Source of the DNA: Cylindrospermopsis raciborskii Cr2010
GTDB taxonomy: Bacteria; Cyanobacteriota; Cyanobacteriia; Cyanobacteriales; Nostocaceae
NCBI RefSeq assembly: GCF_003367075.2
Contig: NZ_CP065936.1
Location: 1,920,001 to 1,952,000, forward strand
Length of the DNA stretch: 32,000 nucleotides
Direction: 5' to 3'
A program made the translations under genes and the position numbers. The notes under the pieces were generated by a model, which did not search any database, was not told the origin of the DNA, and saw only the letters and a list, made by a program, of their open reading frames with translations. Positions 15,943 through 29,084 of the stretch are shown here, one piece after another (the stretch's first letter is position 1; each line of letters opens with the position of its first letter).

Positions 15943-16464
15943 ATGAACTTGCCAAATACTATTACCTTGTCTAGACTATTGGGCATACCGTTTTTGCTGT
16001 ATGGGCTATATATTCCCACCCAGGGTGCTAGATGGATATGCTTAATTATATTTTTAATAGCAGCACTAACAGATTGGTTAGATGGATATCTGGCCAGAAA
16101 ACTGAACCAAGTTACGGATTTGGGCAAATTCCTGGATCCATTGGTGGATAAGTTATTAGTTCTAGCACCGTTCTTAGTATTTGTAGAACTGGGTAAAATT
16201 CCCGGTTGGGGAGTATTCATCATCTTAGCAAGAGAATTAGCTATAGCAGGTTGGCGAGTTAATCAAACCACAATTAGCGGAGCTAATATTTGGGGAAAAT
16301 TAAAAACCATCACCCAAATTCTATCCATAGCTCTACTGATTGCACCATTACCCATAACTTGGCAAATCTATGCTAAATCTGCCTTCTGGCTATCTGTACT
16401 TTTAACGGTGATTTCTGGACTAATTTATTTGTTACCAGTGTTAACACCCAAGGATGGAAACTGA
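15943..16464 (+). CDS. pgsA: CDP-diacylglycerol--glycerol-3-phosphate 3-phosphatidyltransferase
   Basis: MNLPNTITLSRLLGIP… and the CDP-alcohol phosphatidyltransferase motif DWLDGYLARK…G.FLDPLVDK. The track ORF begins at 15904; the start at 15943 (MNLPN) fits the family better. Confidence 0.85.
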   Translation: MNLPNTITLSRLLGIPFLLYGLYIPTQGARWICLIIFLIAALTDWLDGYLARKLNQVTDLGKFLDPLVDKLLVLAPFLVFVELGKIPGWGVFIILARELAIAGWRVNQTTISGANIWGKLKTITQILSIALLIAPLPITWQIYAKSAFWLSVLLTVISGLIYLLPVLTPKDGN

Positions 16465-16485
16465 ATATTTTTGAGGCGCAACTTC

Positions 16486-18071
<1,586 letters not shown>

Positions 18072-18281
18072 AGGGAAATAGGGATTGAGGAAGGGTAAGA
18101 ATTAGCAATTGGCAATCACACAAAATGTGATTCTTTGGTTGCATGTCTGACCTTTTTACCAGACAACAACCTATACCTCCAAAATATCAACTTTATATGC
18201 TAATCGTCCATCTATATCTCTTGATTCTCTCCCCTGTTTTTTGTTAAGTTTTAATGCCTTATCTAAAGATTTCTTTTTAAA

Positions 18282-19067
18282 ATGGCAATTCTTGAGCAAG
18301 TTTGGCAATTTTGTCAGCGACAATTTTTATGTGTGATTGCATCTGTTTTGTTTTACACTTCCATCCCACTCCCCCATCTTCCAGGCCTGAAATTCCAAAG
18401 GGTAGCCCTTTTTGCTCCTGCTATAGGTTTGCTAATTGGTGCTATTTTGGGTCTTTTGGATATGCTGTTTGATTATTTAGGAATATCAGCATTAACACAA
18501 AGTGTTTTGATAGTCATTATTTGGATAGGGATCACAGGAGGTCTACATCTAGATGGTGCTATGGATACTGCTGATGGTTTAGCAGTGACTGATCCCCAAA
18601 GAAGATTAGAAGTCATGACCGATAGTGCTACGGGTGCTTTTGGTGTCATGGCAGCTCTGGCTATTTTACTGATGAAAATGGCTGCTTTGACGGATATTTC
18701 CCAAAATCGCTTTTTTCTTCTAATGGTTGCTTGTGGTTGGGGAAGATGGGGACAGCAATTGGCTATTTTCCAATATCCCTATCTGAAATCTACTGGTAAG
18801 GGAGCATTTCATAAACAGGCCATTCGTCATCAGATGGATTTATTGCCTAGTTGGGTTTTGCTTTTGGGTTTTAACTTGCTCACTTTGGCTTTTAACCAAG
18901 GTAACTTTGTTTTGGTTCTATTTACCCTAATTATTGGCAATATTATCTCCTTTATTGTTCCCGCATGGTTTAACCATAAACTGGGTGGACATACCGGTGA
19001 CACTTATGGTGCAGTGGTTGAATGGACTGAAGCTCTCTTCCTATGCTGTATGAGTAGTTTGACATAG
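18282..19067 (+). CDS. cobS: Adenosylcobinamide-GDP ribazoletransferase (cobalamin synthase)
   Basis: Polytopic membrane protein carrying [14 protein letters not shown] and [10 protein letters not shown], the CobS signatures. Confidence 0.85.
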   Translation: MAILEQVWQFCQRQFLCVIASVLFYTSIPLPHLPGLKFQRVALFAPAIGLLIGAILGLLDMLFDYLGISALTQSVLIVIIWIGITGGLHLDGAMDTADGLAVTDPQRRLEVMTDSATGAFGVMAALAILLMKMAALTDISQNRFFLLMVACGWGRWGQQLAIFQYPYLKSTGKGAFHKQAIRHQMDLLPSWVLLLGFNLLTLAFNQGNFVLVLFTLIIGNIISFIVPAWFNHKLGGHTGDTYGAVVEWTEALFLCCMSSLT

Positions 19068-19114
19068 GTAAGGTAGGGGATTATTAGACATCCCCCAGCC
19101 CTAAACCACATATA

Positions 19115-20335
19115 CTATGGTGCAAGTGCATTACCACGTAATAAACTGCCAATGGTCTTAGCCGTAATTTTTAACTGGGTGATTGGATTAGCTGGAACTA
19201 CGGTTTTATATAAATAGCTGTCAAAAGTCAGCTTTTGAACATCCATGTCATCACACATTTCTACAAATGCTTCTCTGGTAGCATCTGAGCGGTAGAACAC
19301 GGTTTGTAACAGGTCCAATACTTTATAGGTAAGTCCGTATTTTTTATCCCAACGCTTAATATAAAGTTTTAATTCCCTTTCACTAGGAATGCGCGCTCCA
19401 CTATTGGATATTTCTACAATAGTCTCCGCACACATTCTTCCAGATTTAGCAGCAAAGTAAATACCTTCGCCCGAGGATTTGGTGACGTAACCAGCAGCAT
19501 CACCTACTAAAGCAATTCGACCTACTACCCGACGTGGACGGGGATGTTCCGGTATGGGATGGGCTTCTACCTTAATGATTGTACCTCCAGCCAATTTTTC
19601 CGCTGCACGGGCGCGAATACCAGCCTGTAACTGTTTAATACTGGCTTTATTCACATGCATGGTTCCAGTACCCACAGCTACGTGGTCATACTTGGGAAAG
19701 ATCCAAGCGTAAAAATCTGTGGAAACATCATCTCCTACATACATCTCCGCTAGGTTGTTATAGTATGCCATTTTATCTTCAGGAAGACGAATTCTCTCCT
19801 GAAAGGCGATCGCATAATTATAGTCCCCAGCATCCATTTCTTTGGCAATACGGGAGTTGGCACCATCTGCACCAATAATTAAATCCACCTTGAGAGTTTT
19901 GGCCACGCCAACAGATCCACCCTCATTGTGATCAACATAATGAATTGTATAGGGGTCAGAATTATTATTAGGTATATCTAATTTATGCACAGTGGCATTA
20001 ATTAAGTTAGCACCCAATTTAGCGGCCCGGTTTCTTAAAAAACCATCTAGGACCTCTCTGCGACACATTCCTATATATTCTTCTTGGTTGATCAGATTGA
20101 TATCAACCTCCCGGTTAGAGGGGGAGATCATCTTCATATTCCGTACCCGACGGTCAATAATGTCCGCTGGTAGATCAAACTCACTAACCATACAAAGGGG
20201 GATAGCACCACCACAAGGTTTAGCATTATCCAACTTACGCTCAAATAAATAAGTTTCAATCCCTGCTTTAGCTAAAGTTTCAGCAGCAGATGAACCAGCT
20301 GGGCCAGAACCCACAACAGCAACTCGTAATGTCAA
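19115..20335 (-). CDS. chlP: Geranylgeranyl diphosphate/geranylgeranyl-chlorophyll reductase
   Basis: 406 aa. It has the N-terminal FAD motif VAVVGSGPAGSSAAETLAKAGIETYLFERK followed by KPCGGAIP, and the family-typical length. Confidence 0.85.
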   Translation of the reverse strand: MTLRVAVVGSGPAGSSAAETLAKAGIETYLFERKLDNAKPCGGAIPLCMVSEFDLPADIIDRRVRNMKMISPSNREVDINLINQEEYIGMCRREVLDGFLRNRAAKLGANLINATVHKLDIPNNNSDPYTIHYVDHNEGGSVGVAKTLKVDLIIGADGANSRIAKEMDAGDYNYAIAFQERIRLPEDKMAYYNNLAEMYVGDDVSTDFYAWIFPKYDHVAVGTGTMHVNKASIKQLQAGIRARAAEKLAGGTIIKVEAHPIPEHPRPRRVVGRIALVGDAAGYVTKSSGEGIYFAAKSGRMCAETIVEISNSGARIPSERELKLYIKRWDKKYGLTYKVLDLLQTVFYRSDATREAFVEMCDDMDVQKLTFDSYLYKTVVPANPITQLKITAKTIGSLLRGNALAP

Positions 20336-20580
20336 AGGTTTACTCCTAATCCTTCAATTTACCAGAGAATCCTAGCACACACCTTCCTGGGTTCGACCTT
20401 TTCGCTCCTAGGTTTTCACATAATTGCAACATTCCTTCATACTTCGTCATAAATACCTACCCCCACTCCCAGCAAAATTGACCAGTAAAATTGAGAAATT
20501 GTGATATGGATATGTGATATAAATAAAATTACATTAATCCTAGTTGCAAACCGTAGATTAGTAAGAGAGGTATCAAGCTA

Positions 20581-21597
20581 ATGGGTATAGTAGTAGAGAA
20601 CGTGTCTAAATACTTTGGGAGTTTTCATGCTGTTGAGGATGTGAGCTTAGAAATTGCCAGCGGATCACTAGTAGCTTTACTTGGACCCTCTGGGTCTGGC
20701 AAGTCCACATTATTGCGACTAATAGCAGGACTGGAAACACCGGACCAGGGTAAAATCTTTTTAACAGGTAAAGATGCTACTTATCAGAGTGTGCAGGAAA
20801 GAAACATTGGCTTTGTCTTTCAGCACTATGCACTATTTAAACATTTAACTGTCAGGCAAAATATAGCATTTGGGTTAGAAATCCGCAAGTTGGCAAAAAA
20901 GAAAATTCAGGGTAGGGTAGAGCAATTACTAGATCTAGTTCAATTGAGTGGATTAGGAGAGCGTTATCCCTCCCAACTTTCTGGTGGACAAAGACAAAGA
21001 GTAGCTTTAGCAAGAGCATTAGCGGTAGAACCTAAAGTGCTACTGCTAGATGAACCATTTGGAGCCCTGGATGCTAAAGTGCGTAAAGACCTACGTGCTT
21101 GGTTGCGTCGTCTCCATGAAGAAGTTAGTGTTACCACTGTTTTTGTCACCCACGACCAAGAAGAAGCTATGGAAGTTGCTAATAAAATTGTGATCATCAA
21201 TCAGGGTAGACTGGAACAAATGGGAACCCCCGCAGAAATTTATGATCATCCCGCATCCGCTTTTGTTATGAGTTTTATTGGTCCTGTCAACGTTTTGCCC
21301 AGCTCTGCTCAAATATTTCAAGGTAGTGGTTTTGACTCACCTAACCCAGAAGTGTTTTTACGTCCCCAAGATGTGATTATAGAAAAAGCTGGTAATGGAA
21401 CCAATACAACTGCGATAGTTCACCGTATCATTCACCTGGGTTGGGAAGTGCAAGTGGAATTGACTTTAGATGATGGACAAACTTTTACTGCCTATTTAAG
21501 TCGTGAACGATTTGATGAATTAAGTTTGGAACCAAAAGAACGAGTATATGTAAAACCCAAGGATGCCAAATCTTTTCCTCTCTATTATTCAATTTGA
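20581..21597 (+). CDS. cysA: Sulfate/thiosulfate ABC transporter ATP-binding protein
   Basis: Walker A (GPSGSGKST), the [15 protein letters not shown] signature, Walker B (LLLDEP), and a CysA-like C-terminal regulatory domain. Confidence 0.75.
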   Translation: MGIVVENVSKYFGSFHAVEDVSLEIASGSLVALLGPSGSGKSTLLRLIAGLETPDQGKIFLTGKDATYQSVQERNIGFVFQHYALFKHLTVRQNIAFGLEIRKLAKKKIQGRVEQLLDLVQLSGLGERYPSQLSGGQRQRVALARALAVEPKVLLLDEPFGALDAKVRKDLRAWLRRLHEEVSVTTVFVTHDQEEAMEVANKIVIINQGRLEQMGTPAEIYDHPASAFVMSFIGPVNVLPSSAQIFQGSGFDSPNPEVFLRPQDVIIEKAGNGTNTTAIVHRIIHLGWEVQVELTLDDGQTFTAYLSRERFDELSLEPKERVYVKPKDAKSFPLYYSI

Positions 21598-21612
21598 CGT
21601 ATTTTAGGGTGT

Positions 21613-22512
21613 TTATTCTCCAGCATGATAGGAACTACGTACTAGGGGACCAGATCGCACGTGGCTAAACCCCATACTTGTTGCTAACTGACCCAATTGT
21701 GCAAATTCTGCTGGAGTCCAATACTTTTGGACTGGTAAATGTTCCCAGGAAGGACGCATATACTGACCCAGGGTGATTCTATCACATCCTACAGCTCGTA
21801 GGTCTAGCATAGTTTCAACTATTTCCTCTTGGGTTTCTCCATGGCCCAACATTAAACCCGACTTAGTAGGGACAGCAGCATCAATTTCTTTAACCGTTGC
21901 TAATACATTTAGAGAACGGTCATATTTAGCGCCCCGACGCACGGATCCTGTTAAACTGCGTACTGTTTCCACATTGTGATTATAACAAACAGGTTTAGCG
22001 TGAACAACAGTGGCTATTCTTTGCTTTTGACCTATTTCACCCACACCTGCACCACCCCAAAAATCCGGTGTTAAAACCTCGATTTGGGTTTCTGGATTAA
22101 CTAGACGAATGGCCTGCATAGTCTTGACAAAATGTCCTGATCCTGCATCCGCTAGGTCATCACGAGCTACAGAGGTGAGTACAACATACTTCAAATCCAA
22201 CAATTGTACTGCTTCAGCCACTTTTTGGGGTTCTTCTGTATCTAGGGGCATAGGTGAATGGCCTTTATCTACTTGACAAAAAGCACAAGCTCTAGTGCAG
22301 GTAGGTCCCATGAGTAAAAAAGTAGCTGTTTTTTGAGAGTAGCATTCTCCGCGATTAGGACAGCGTCCCTCTTCGCAAATAGTATGAATTTGACGCTGTT
22401 TAATAATACGCTGTACGGTAGAGATTTCACTAGCTTTACCCAGAGGAGGACGTAACCAACTGGGTAGGGGGATAATTTTTGATTTTGGTTGACTACAACC
22501 TGCACTACTCAT
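21613..22512 (-). CDS. lipA: Lipoyl synthase
   Basis: Both Fe-S cluster motifs are present: [12 protein letters not shown] and [10 protein letters not shown] (radical SAM). Confidence 0.9.
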   Translation of the reverse strand: MSSAGCSQPKSKIIPLPSWLRPPLGKASEISTVQRIIKQRQIHTICEEGRCPNRGECYSQKTATFLLMGPTCTRACAFCQVDKGHSPMPLDTEEPQKVAEAVQLLDLKYVVLTSVARDDLADAGSGHFVKTMQAIRLVNPETQIEVLTPDFWGGAGVGEIGQKQRIATVVHAKPVCYNHNVETVRSLTGSVRRGAKYDRSLNVLATVKEIDAAVPTKSGLMLGHGETQEEIVETMLDLRAVGCDRITLGQYMRPSWEHLPVQKYWTPAEFAQLGQLATSMGFSHVRSGPLVRSSYHAGE

Positions 22513-22738
22513 ATTGAAAATCCTCTATAATAATAGATTAATAGTTCATGTTTATTTTAAATCTATTTCCTGTTCCCCAGACCCACTTGAGTTGAAATCA
22601 TCAGTTTTTGATCTTTAAGTAGGTGGGTGGAATTAAATATAAGATGAACGTAGGTTGGGTTTAATATGAAACTCAACACCCCCATCGGTTACGCCATCGC
22701 CCCTACAAATAATTGTGCCTCCCTACTTAAACCAAACC

Positions 22739-23536
22739 ATGACAGTAAATCATCCTACAATTTTAGCCCTGGACTTTGATGGAGTCATTTGTGACGGACT
22801 CCTTGAATACTTTGAGGTGGCGTGGCGCACCTACTGCCAATTTTGTCCATCCCAGGAAGAAATAATACCGGATGATTTAGCTTTGAGATTTTATCGTCTC
22901 CGTCCTGTGATTGAAACCGGTTGGGAAATGCCTATTTTGATTAAAGCTATAATTGATGGTTTTTCTGATGATCAGATCCTACAAGACTGGCCAAAAATTG
23001 TCCTAGAGATCTTAAAAACATCCCATTTATCATCTCAGGAAGTTGGTAAGAAACTGGATGGTTTGCGTGACCAGTGGATATCCACAGATTTAGACGGGTG
23101 GTTGGGATTACATAGATTTTATCCAGGAGTGATAGAACGATTAAAGGTTACCATTGATAGTGAAGTGGAATTATTCATTGTTACCACTAAAGAGGGACGT
23201 TTTGTCAAGCAATTGTTAGAACAAGAGGGGGTTAATTTACCAGAAAAGGCAATTTTTGGTAAAGAAGTAAAACTTCCTAAATACGAAATTTTACGAAAAT
23301 TAATTCCTGCAACAGAACATCAACCAGCAAGATTATGGTTTGTGGAAGATAGATTGAAAACTCTACAACTGGTTCAACAACAATCGGATTTAGACAAGGT
23401 GGGGCTTTTTTTAGCAGATTGGGGTTATAATACCCAATCAGAAAGAGAAGCTGGACAAAATGACCCGCGCATTCAGTTGCTCCCACTTTCTCGCTTTGTG
23501 CAAGATTTTTCTAAGTGGTTAATATCCAGTTCCTGA
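22739..23536 (+). CDS. HAD-superfamily hydrolase
   Basis: LALDFDGVICDG (the DxDG motif I). The track start at 22715 is GTG; ATG 22739 (MTVNHP) is more likely. Confidence 0.6.
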   Translation: MTVNHPTILALDFDGVICDGLLEYFEVAWRTYCQFCPSQEEIIPDDLALRFYRLRPVIETGWEMPILIKAIIDGFSDDQILQDWPKIVLEILKTSHLSSQEVGKKLDGLRDQWISTDLDGWLGLHRFYPGVIERLKVTIDSEVELFIVTTKEGRFVKQLLEQEGVNLPEKAIFGKEVKLPKYEILRKLIPATEHQPARLWFVEDRLKTLQLVQQQSDLDKVGLFLADWGYNTQSEREAGQNDPRIQLLPLSRFVQDFSKWLISSS

Positions 23537-23560
23537 TCCCACCACCTCTTGATGTGAATA

Positions 23561-24736
23561 ATGTTAGATTTAACAAAACTAGCTGGGCAAATGCAGGGTT
23601 TAAGCCAGCACCTTTGCTCTGAAGTAGCTGAAAGTAACCGTAAGTTGGAATTAGCAAAGGAAAATTTAAAAAAGGCTTGCGAGTGTCAAGAAGAAATAGT
23701 CAAGCGTCAGGAAAAATGGCGCGATCGCATTACTTTTGCCAATGCTACACCCATAGAACCTTTAGACACCTGTATTCAAATTTCTACTCCCCCAAAAGTA
23801 CATACTATAATTGCTACGGACGGTTCTCAAATTGCTCCTAACCATCATGAAATTGCCTATTGCTACTTACTAAATATAGGGAGAGTGGTTTTATATTATG
23901 GACAAAATCGTCATCCCCTGCTAGACAGTTTACCAGAGATATTTTACCGAGAAGAAGACCTATATATTGCTCGTCAATGGGGTTTAAAAACCGAAGAATG
24001 GATGAGTCATTGCCGAACTGCTTCGGAAATTACGGTACTATCTGACCTAGCCTGTAGCATAAAAAACGAGCATCCCTCTCTAGCGATGGTAGATGGCTCT
24101 CTAATATATTGGTTTTTAGAACAGCTACCACTAGAAGCCAGAGATCAAATTTTACCACCTATCTTAGAAGCTTGGGGAAAGTTACGTCAAGCAGGAATCC
24201 CCATAGTTGGATATCTAAGTGCAGCTCGTAACAACGAAGCGAAAAATCTATTGCGTTTATTAAACTGTCCCTATCCCGTTCCTGACTGTATTAACTATTG
24301 TCCAGACCAACTAGATTACGTTCCCTGTAAAAAATTTGAAGGTTTGCGAGACACCACATTATGGGCCACCCAACTCCAACCTGGTCAAAGGAGCGCATTG
24401 TGGCGAAGCAATTCCCGGATTCTACAATTATATGATGATCAAGTCATTTACTTTTGTTATTTGCATGTAGGCACAGAAATCGCCAGAATTGAGTTTCCAG
24501 CATGGGTAGTCAATGACCCTGGGATGATAGATCAAGCTCTGGGACTCGTATTGGCACAAATACAAAAGGGGTATGGCTATCCAGTAGCGATCGCGGAAGC
24601 ACATAATCAAGCAGTAGTTAGAAGTGGGGATAGAAATCACTTCTTCGCCCTTTTAGAAAGGGAGATGATTAAAGCGGGAATTAAAAATGTTAGTATTTCC
24701 TATAAAGAAGCCAGGAAGAGGGGGAGTATTGCTTAA
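23561..24736 (+). CDS. NurA-domain (5'-3' nuclease-like) protein
   Basis: 391 aa. IIATDGSQI and MVDGSLIYW resemble the two acidic DGS motifs of NurA-family nucleases. Confidence 0.5.
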   Translation: MLDLTKLAGQMQGLSQHLCSEVAESNRKLELAKENLKKACECQEEIVKRQEKWRDRITFANATPIEPLDTCIQISTPPKVHTIIATDGSQIAPNHHEIAYCYLLNIGRVVLYYGQNRHPLLDSLPEIFYREEDLYIARQWGLKTEEWMSHCRTASEITVLSDLACSIKNEHPSLAMVDGSLIYWFLEQLPLEARDQILPPILEAWGKLRQAGIPIVGYLSAARNNEAKNLLRLLNCPYPVPDCINYCPDQLDYVPCKKFEGLRDTTLWATQLQPGQRSALWRSNSRILQLYDDQVIYFCYLHVGTEIARIEFPAWVVNDPGMIDQALGLVLAQIQKGYGYPVAIAEAHNQAVVRSGDRNHFFALLEREMIKAGIKNVSISYKEARKRGSIA

Positions 24737-24766
24737 CATTGTCCCCATTTCCACCTTGTTCCCTAT

Positions 24767-25858
24767 CTAAACATTAAATCGGAATAACATCACATCTCCC
24801 TCTTGCACAATGTATTCCTTACCCTCACTTCTGACCAGACCCTTTTCCTTAGCAGCATTTATAGATCCATGGGTAACCAGATCATCATAAGCAACGGTTT
24901 CTGCGCGAATAAATCCCCGCTCAAAATCAGAGTGAATGACACCCGCTGCTTGAGGTGCGGACATTCCTGCATGAATAGTCCAAGCGCGGGTCTCCTTGGG
25001 TCCAGAGGTGAAATATGTCCGTAGACCTAAAAGAGCATAGGTAGCACGAATCAAAGATTTGAGACCACCCTCTTGCACACCTAAAGATGCTAAAAAGTCA
25101 AACTTATCTGCATCAGGTAATTCCACTAACTCAGCTTCCACCTGAGCGGAGACTATTACCACTTGAGCATTTTCCTGTGCTGCAACTGCTCGTACCTTCT
25201 CCACAAAGTCATTACCTGTAGCTAAGTCATCCTCAGCTACATTAGCAGCATAGATAATCGGTTTACTAGTCAGCAGTCCTAGGTTTTTAATCACCCCAGC
25301 TTCTTCTGGAGTTAAACTGACTTGACGAACCAATTTACCTTCGTTGAGAGCTGCTACTAATTTGTCTAAAACCGTAATTTCAAATTGTGCATCTTTACTA
25401 GTCCGTGCCAGCTTGCGTGATCTTTCTATGCGTCTTTCAATTTGAGCTAGATCTGACAAACCTAGTTCCAAATTAATAATGTCAATATCCCGTACTGGAT
25501 CCACCGAACCACTAACGTGAATAATATCATCATTTTCAAAACAACGGACCACATGCACTATAGCATCCACTTCCCGGATGTGAGACAAAAATTGATTTCC
25601 CAACCCTTCACCCTGACTAGCACCCTTCACCAAACCAGCAATATCCACAAATTCAACCCGTGCAGGTATAATTTGTTCAGAGCTGGCCAGTTTGGCCAGG
25701 ACGTTTAACCGATCATCCGGTACTGCAACAACGCCTACATTCGGTTCTATGGTGCAAAATGGAAAGTTAGCAGCTTCCGCTTTAGCGTTAGCGACTACAG
25801 CGTTAAATAGAGTTGATTTTCCGACGTTGGGAAGTCCAACTATTCCAGCTTTTAGCAT
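24767..25858 (-). CDS. ychF: Redox-regulated ATPase YchF
   Basis: MLKAGIVGLPNVGKSTLFNA…, a C-terminal TGS domain, and a length of 363 aa from Met-38 of the track ORF (ATG at 25858). Confidence 0.9.
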   Translation of the reverse strand: MLKAGIVGLPNVGKSTLFNAVVANAKAEAANFPFCTIEPNVGVVAVPDDRLNVLAKLASSEQIIPARVEFVDIAGLVKGASQGEGLGNQFLSHIREVDAIVHVVRCFENDDIIHVSGSVDPVRDIDIINLELGLSDLAQIERRIERSRKLARTSKDAQFEITVLDKLVAALNEGKLVRQVSLTPEEAGVIKNLGLLTSKPIIYAANVAEDDLATGNDFVEKVRAVAAQENAQVVIVSAQVEAELVELPDADKFDFLASLGVQEGGLKSLIRATYALLGLRTYFTSGPKETRAWTIHAGMSAPQAAGVIHSDFERGFIRAETVAYDDLVTHGSINAAKEKGLVRSEGKEYIVQEGDVMLFRFNV

Positions 25859-26053
25859 TGTAAATTTGTAGATAATTAATGTAAAAATTCCCACAACTGG
25901 AAGCTGGAGGATTTTTGCTTCCCGGGAACTTTTATGAGTTCCTTTTGTAACTATATCCCCAGCAAGCATTTTTGGGCTTGATATTCCTGTGATCTAGTTT
26001 ATGCTTTATTTAACCCTCTAAATATTTTGCTTTTAATTTTAATTTCAACTACT

Positions 26054-27772
26054 ATGATTATGCCATCACCCATTAACCTTGGAACTATTCTCCAAAATCG
26101 CTACCATATTATTCGTCTTTTGGGACAGGGGGGATTTGGTAGAACCTATCTAGCAGAAGACCAAGGACGTTTTAACGAACTTTGCGCTATCAAGGAATTG
26201 GTTATTTTAGAACCAGATTCATACGAGGGTAAAAAAGCTCAAGAATTGTTTGATCGGGAAGCATCCATACTATATCAAATTGATCACCCCCAAATTCCTA
26301 AGTTTCGAGAAAAATTTGCCCAAGACCAACGGTTGTTCCTAGTACAGGATTTCGTGGGAGGGAAAACCTACCATACTATCTTAAATGAACGTCGTACTCA
26401 AGGTCAAAGTTTTACTCAAGCAGAAGTGCTATATTTATTACAATCCTTATTACCGATTTTAGAGTATATTCACAAAGCTAAGATCATTCACCGGGATATT
26501 TCCCCCGATAATTTAATCTTGCGCAGCACAGACCAAAAACCTGTGTTAATTGATTTTGGTGTTGTTAAAGAAGTAGCAACTAGATTGTCAAATTCTTCAA
26601 CTCATCAGGCTACTACAGTAGGTAAACTAGGATATTCCCCCATAGAACAAGTCCAAACCGGAAAGGCTTATCCTAATAGTGATTTGTATGCACTGGCTGT
26701 TACAGCTATAGTTCTCCTCACCGGAAAAGAACCAGCAGATCTATTTGATGAAACTACTTTTGTTTGGAAATGGCAGCACTGGGTACAAGTTAGTCCCAAG
26801 TTCGCTCAGGTGTTAAATCGCATGTTAAGTCGTATGCCAGGCGATCGCTATCAAACTGCTAAGGAAGTTCTTCTTGATTTAACTAATTTAGAAGTCTCAA
26901 GTCCGTTAAACCCTGGGGATCCTAATCTATCCTATTTACCTACTCTTGCTATTAGTCATCCATCTCCCACCCCAACTAACTCACCTGAACCAGTAATATC
27001 ACCTCATACTAATAGTTCTATTTTAGACAATACTTTGGCCATGGTCGCCATTGGTGGTTTTGTAGTTATTTTGGCGGGATTTAGTTCTTGGTCCCTAGTT
27101 AATTACCTTCGTGGTCAAAGGTTATCTCCCCCCACCACACCCCAGAATTTTGATTCTCCTGTAATTCCCAGATCTACCCCCAATTCCACATTTACACCCA
27201 CACCTAGCAAAACGGAACCACGGAATTTAGCATGGGATTCATCTAATAATGCTAATGAAGAAGGAATAATCAAATTTGGGGAAGTAATTGAATACAGTTT
27301 TAGAGGTAGTCCAGGACAAAAGCTCACCATAGCAGTTAATGAGGAAAGTGGCGTTTTATTAACTATTCTTACTGCTGACGGTCAACCCCTCAGCACCGAT
27401 GCTCAACAAGTGACCAGCTATGAAAGAGTCTTGACAAGTAGGGGTAGGTTAACCATCCAACTTACTTTGTCTACAACAGTTTCTGAAAGTAACTATAGTC
27501 TATCTGTCGCTTTAGAAAATCCCATTAAACGAGCTCCTATTCCCCCTAGAAATACCATTCCTCCCAGAACTACCATTCCCACCCCCCTGGAAACTATTAT
27601 TCCTACCCCTACCCCTATTCCTACGGAAACTCCCGTTCCTACCCTAACCCCCGCTCCCTTAGAAGATCCTATTCCCACCCCCACAACCACACCTATTCCT
27701 ACACCCATTCCCACACCTATTCCCACAGAAGAACCAACAATTGTGCCAACTATTAGTGAGGATGGGGTTTAA
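26054..27772 (+). CDS. Ser/Thr protein kinase with one TM helix and an extracytoplasmic Pro/Thr-rich C-terminus
   Basis: Kinase motifs [26 protein letters not shown] and GYSPIEQ. There is a TM helix ([22 protein letters not shown]) and a C-terminal IPTPTP-type repeat. The start is ATG 26054 rather than the TTG at 26027. Confidence 0.85.
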   Translation: MIMPSPINLGTILQNRYHIIRLLGQGGFGRTYLAEDQGRFNELCAIKELVILEPDSYEGKKAQELFDREASILYQIDHPQIPKFREKFAQDQRLFLVQDFVGGKTYHTILNERRTQGQSFTQAEVLYLLQSLLPILEYIHKAKIIHRDISPDNLILRSTDQKPVLIDFGVVKEVATRLSNSSTHQATTVGKLGYSPIEQVQTGKAYPNSDLYALAVTAIVLLTGKEPADLFDETTFVWKWQHWVQVSPKFAQVLNRMLSRMPGDRYQTAKEVLLDLTNLEVSSPLNPGDPNLSYLPTLAISHPSPTPTNSPEPVISPHTNSSILDNTLAMVAIGGFVVILAGFSSWSLVNYLRGQRLSPPTTPQNFDSPVIPRSTPNSTFTPTPSKTEPRNLAWDSSNNANEEGIIKFGEVIEYSFRGSPGQKLTIAVNEESGVLLTILTADGQPLSTDAQQVTSYERVLTSRGRLTIQLTLSTTVSESNYSLSVALENPIKRAPIPPRNTIPPRTTIPTPLETIIPTPTPIPTETPVPTLTPAPLEDPIPTPTTTPIPTPIPTPIPTEEPTIVPTISEDGV

Positions 27773-29007
27773 TTCTGCGGTATTAAGAAGTTCTCCACGC
27801 ATCTCACAAAGATTTCTACCCCCATTGCTAAAGCTATTTCATCAAAGTCAAAGCGGGGATGGTGATGGGGGTAGTTTAACTGTTTTTCAGGATTAGCAGA
27901 ACCTAAAAAGAAATAACAACCTGGAACTTCTTGCAAGAAAAATGACATATCCTCACTACCCATAATTTGACATTCAGGGATAATATTCCCAGGTGTTTCT
28001 ACCACTTGTTCTGCTACTTTTCTCACCAATTGTGCCATCCCCCCATCATTGATTACAGGGGGATAAAGATGTGTATATTCTAACTCGTAATTAGCTCCAT
28101 GACTTTCACAAATCCCCCGGATAATTTCCGTGATTCTCTGCTTGAAAAATTCTGCCAATTGACCATTAAAATACCTCACTGACCCGCTCATTCTCGCAGT
28201 ATCAGCAATTACGTTCATCCTTGTACCAGCATGAAGTTCACCAATGGTCACCACTGCTGAATCCAGGGGGTTGACATTCCGAGCTACAATAGTTTGTAAA
28301 GCACTCACAATCTGAGCTACAACCACAACCGAATCAATGGTCTGATGAGGTAAAGCTCCATGTCCACCCCTACCTAAAATTGTACAGTTAAAAAAGTCCA
28401 CCGCCGCCATAAAAGGACCTGGACGCACTCCCACAGTGCCCACCAACAGATCATTCCATAAGTGGAGACCAATAATAGCATCCACATCGGGATTTTTTAA
28501 TACTCCCGCATCAATCATTGGTTTAGCTCCACCAGGTCCTTCTTCTGCTGGTTGAAAGATGATTTTTACCTGACCACTAAAGTCTTGACGGTGTTTTTGT
28601 AGGTAATATGCTGTTCCCAATGCGATCGCAGTATGTCCATCATGTCCACAGGCGTGCATTATTCCATCCCGTTGGGAACAGTAGGATACCTTATTTTCTT
28701 CTTGAACTGGCAATGCGTCCATATCAGCACGAATGGCTAAAACCTTACCAGTGGCGGATTTTGCTCCTGTGATTGTAGCCACAATACCAGTTTGGGCAAT
28801 ACCGGTTTGATGCTCTATTCCCCAGGATTGTAACTGATGAGAAATAAACTGAGCGGTTAGTTTTTCTTGAAACCCTAATTCTGGTTTTTGATGTATTTTA
28901 CGTCTCCATTCTATCAGTTGTGGTAACAGTGCACGGATTTGTAAGCGTACCTTAGGTAGATTTTGAGTACCAGAATTAGGGAGAGTAGAAATCATGGTTA
29001 TAGTCAA
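27769..29007 (-). CDS. M20-family amidohydrolase (N-acyl-L-amino-acid amidohydrolase/hippurate hydrolase type)
   Basis: 412 aa with MHACGHDGH and [11 protein letters not shown], the M20D metal-binding motifs. Confidence 0.8.
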   Translation of the reverse strand: MTITMISTLPNSGTQNLPKVRLQIRALLPQLIEWRRKIHQKPELGFQEKLTAQFISHQLQSWGIEHQTGIAQTGIVATITGAKSATGKVLAIRADMDALPVQEENKVSYCSQRDGIMHACGHDGHTAIALGTAYYLQKHRQDFSGQVKIIFQPAEEGPGGAKPMIDAGVLKNPDVDAIIGLHLWNDLLVGTVGVRPGPFMAAVDFFNCTILGRGGHGALPHQTIDSVVVVAQIVSALQTIVARNVNPLDSAVVTIGELHAGTRMNVIADTARMSGSVRYFNGQLAEFFKQRITEIIRGICESHGANYELEYTHLYPPVINDGGMAQLVRKVAEQVVETPGNIIPECQIMGSEDMSFFLQEVPGCYFFLGSANPEKQLNYPHHHPRFDFDEIALAMGVEIFVRCVENFLIPQN

Positions 29008-29084
29008 AATTATGAGTACGGGAAAATATTAGCACAAATTTTAGTATAGGTCAATGATACCTGGGGAATCTCTACCATTTCCAA

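Noticed and set aside
15891-16223. 110-aa minus-strand ORF
   Set aside because: It lies entirely antisense to the well-supported pgsA gene. Other antisense track ORFs are rejected for the same reason: 15034..15228, 15517..15750, 17437..17778, 19992..20252, 20964..21321, 21773..21979, 22269..22505, 23277..23486, 24428..24640, 24803..25024, 25517..25708, 30111..30347 and 31130..31312.
18072-18281. A cobalamin riboswitch upstream of cobS
   Set aside because: I found no B12-box-like core and no conserved riboswitch helices in the 210-nt leader.
20490-20525. Direct repeat TGTGATAT-N5-TGTGATAT upstream of cysA as a regulator binding site
   Set aside because: It is too short and AT-rich to distinguish from chance, and matches no operator consensus I recognise.
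22640-22680. The hairpin-like sequence gaacgtaggttgggtttaatatgaaactcaacacc between lipA and the HAD gene
   Set aside because: It resembles the short dispersed cyanobacterial intergenic repeats. It is a single imperfect copy with no evidence of function.
25859-25969. The 37-codon N-terminal extension of ychF, and similar long starts in the track (tgt TTG 17628, pgsA 15904, kinase TTG 26027, HAD GTG 22715)
   Set aside because: The extensions lack family homology. Internal ATG starts give canonical N-termini and remove gene overlaps.
27493-27726. 77-aa minus-strand ORF rich in GVGIGV
   Set aside because: It is the antisense reading of the kinase's Pro/Thr repeat and is a compositional artefact. 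The same applies to 27115..27330.
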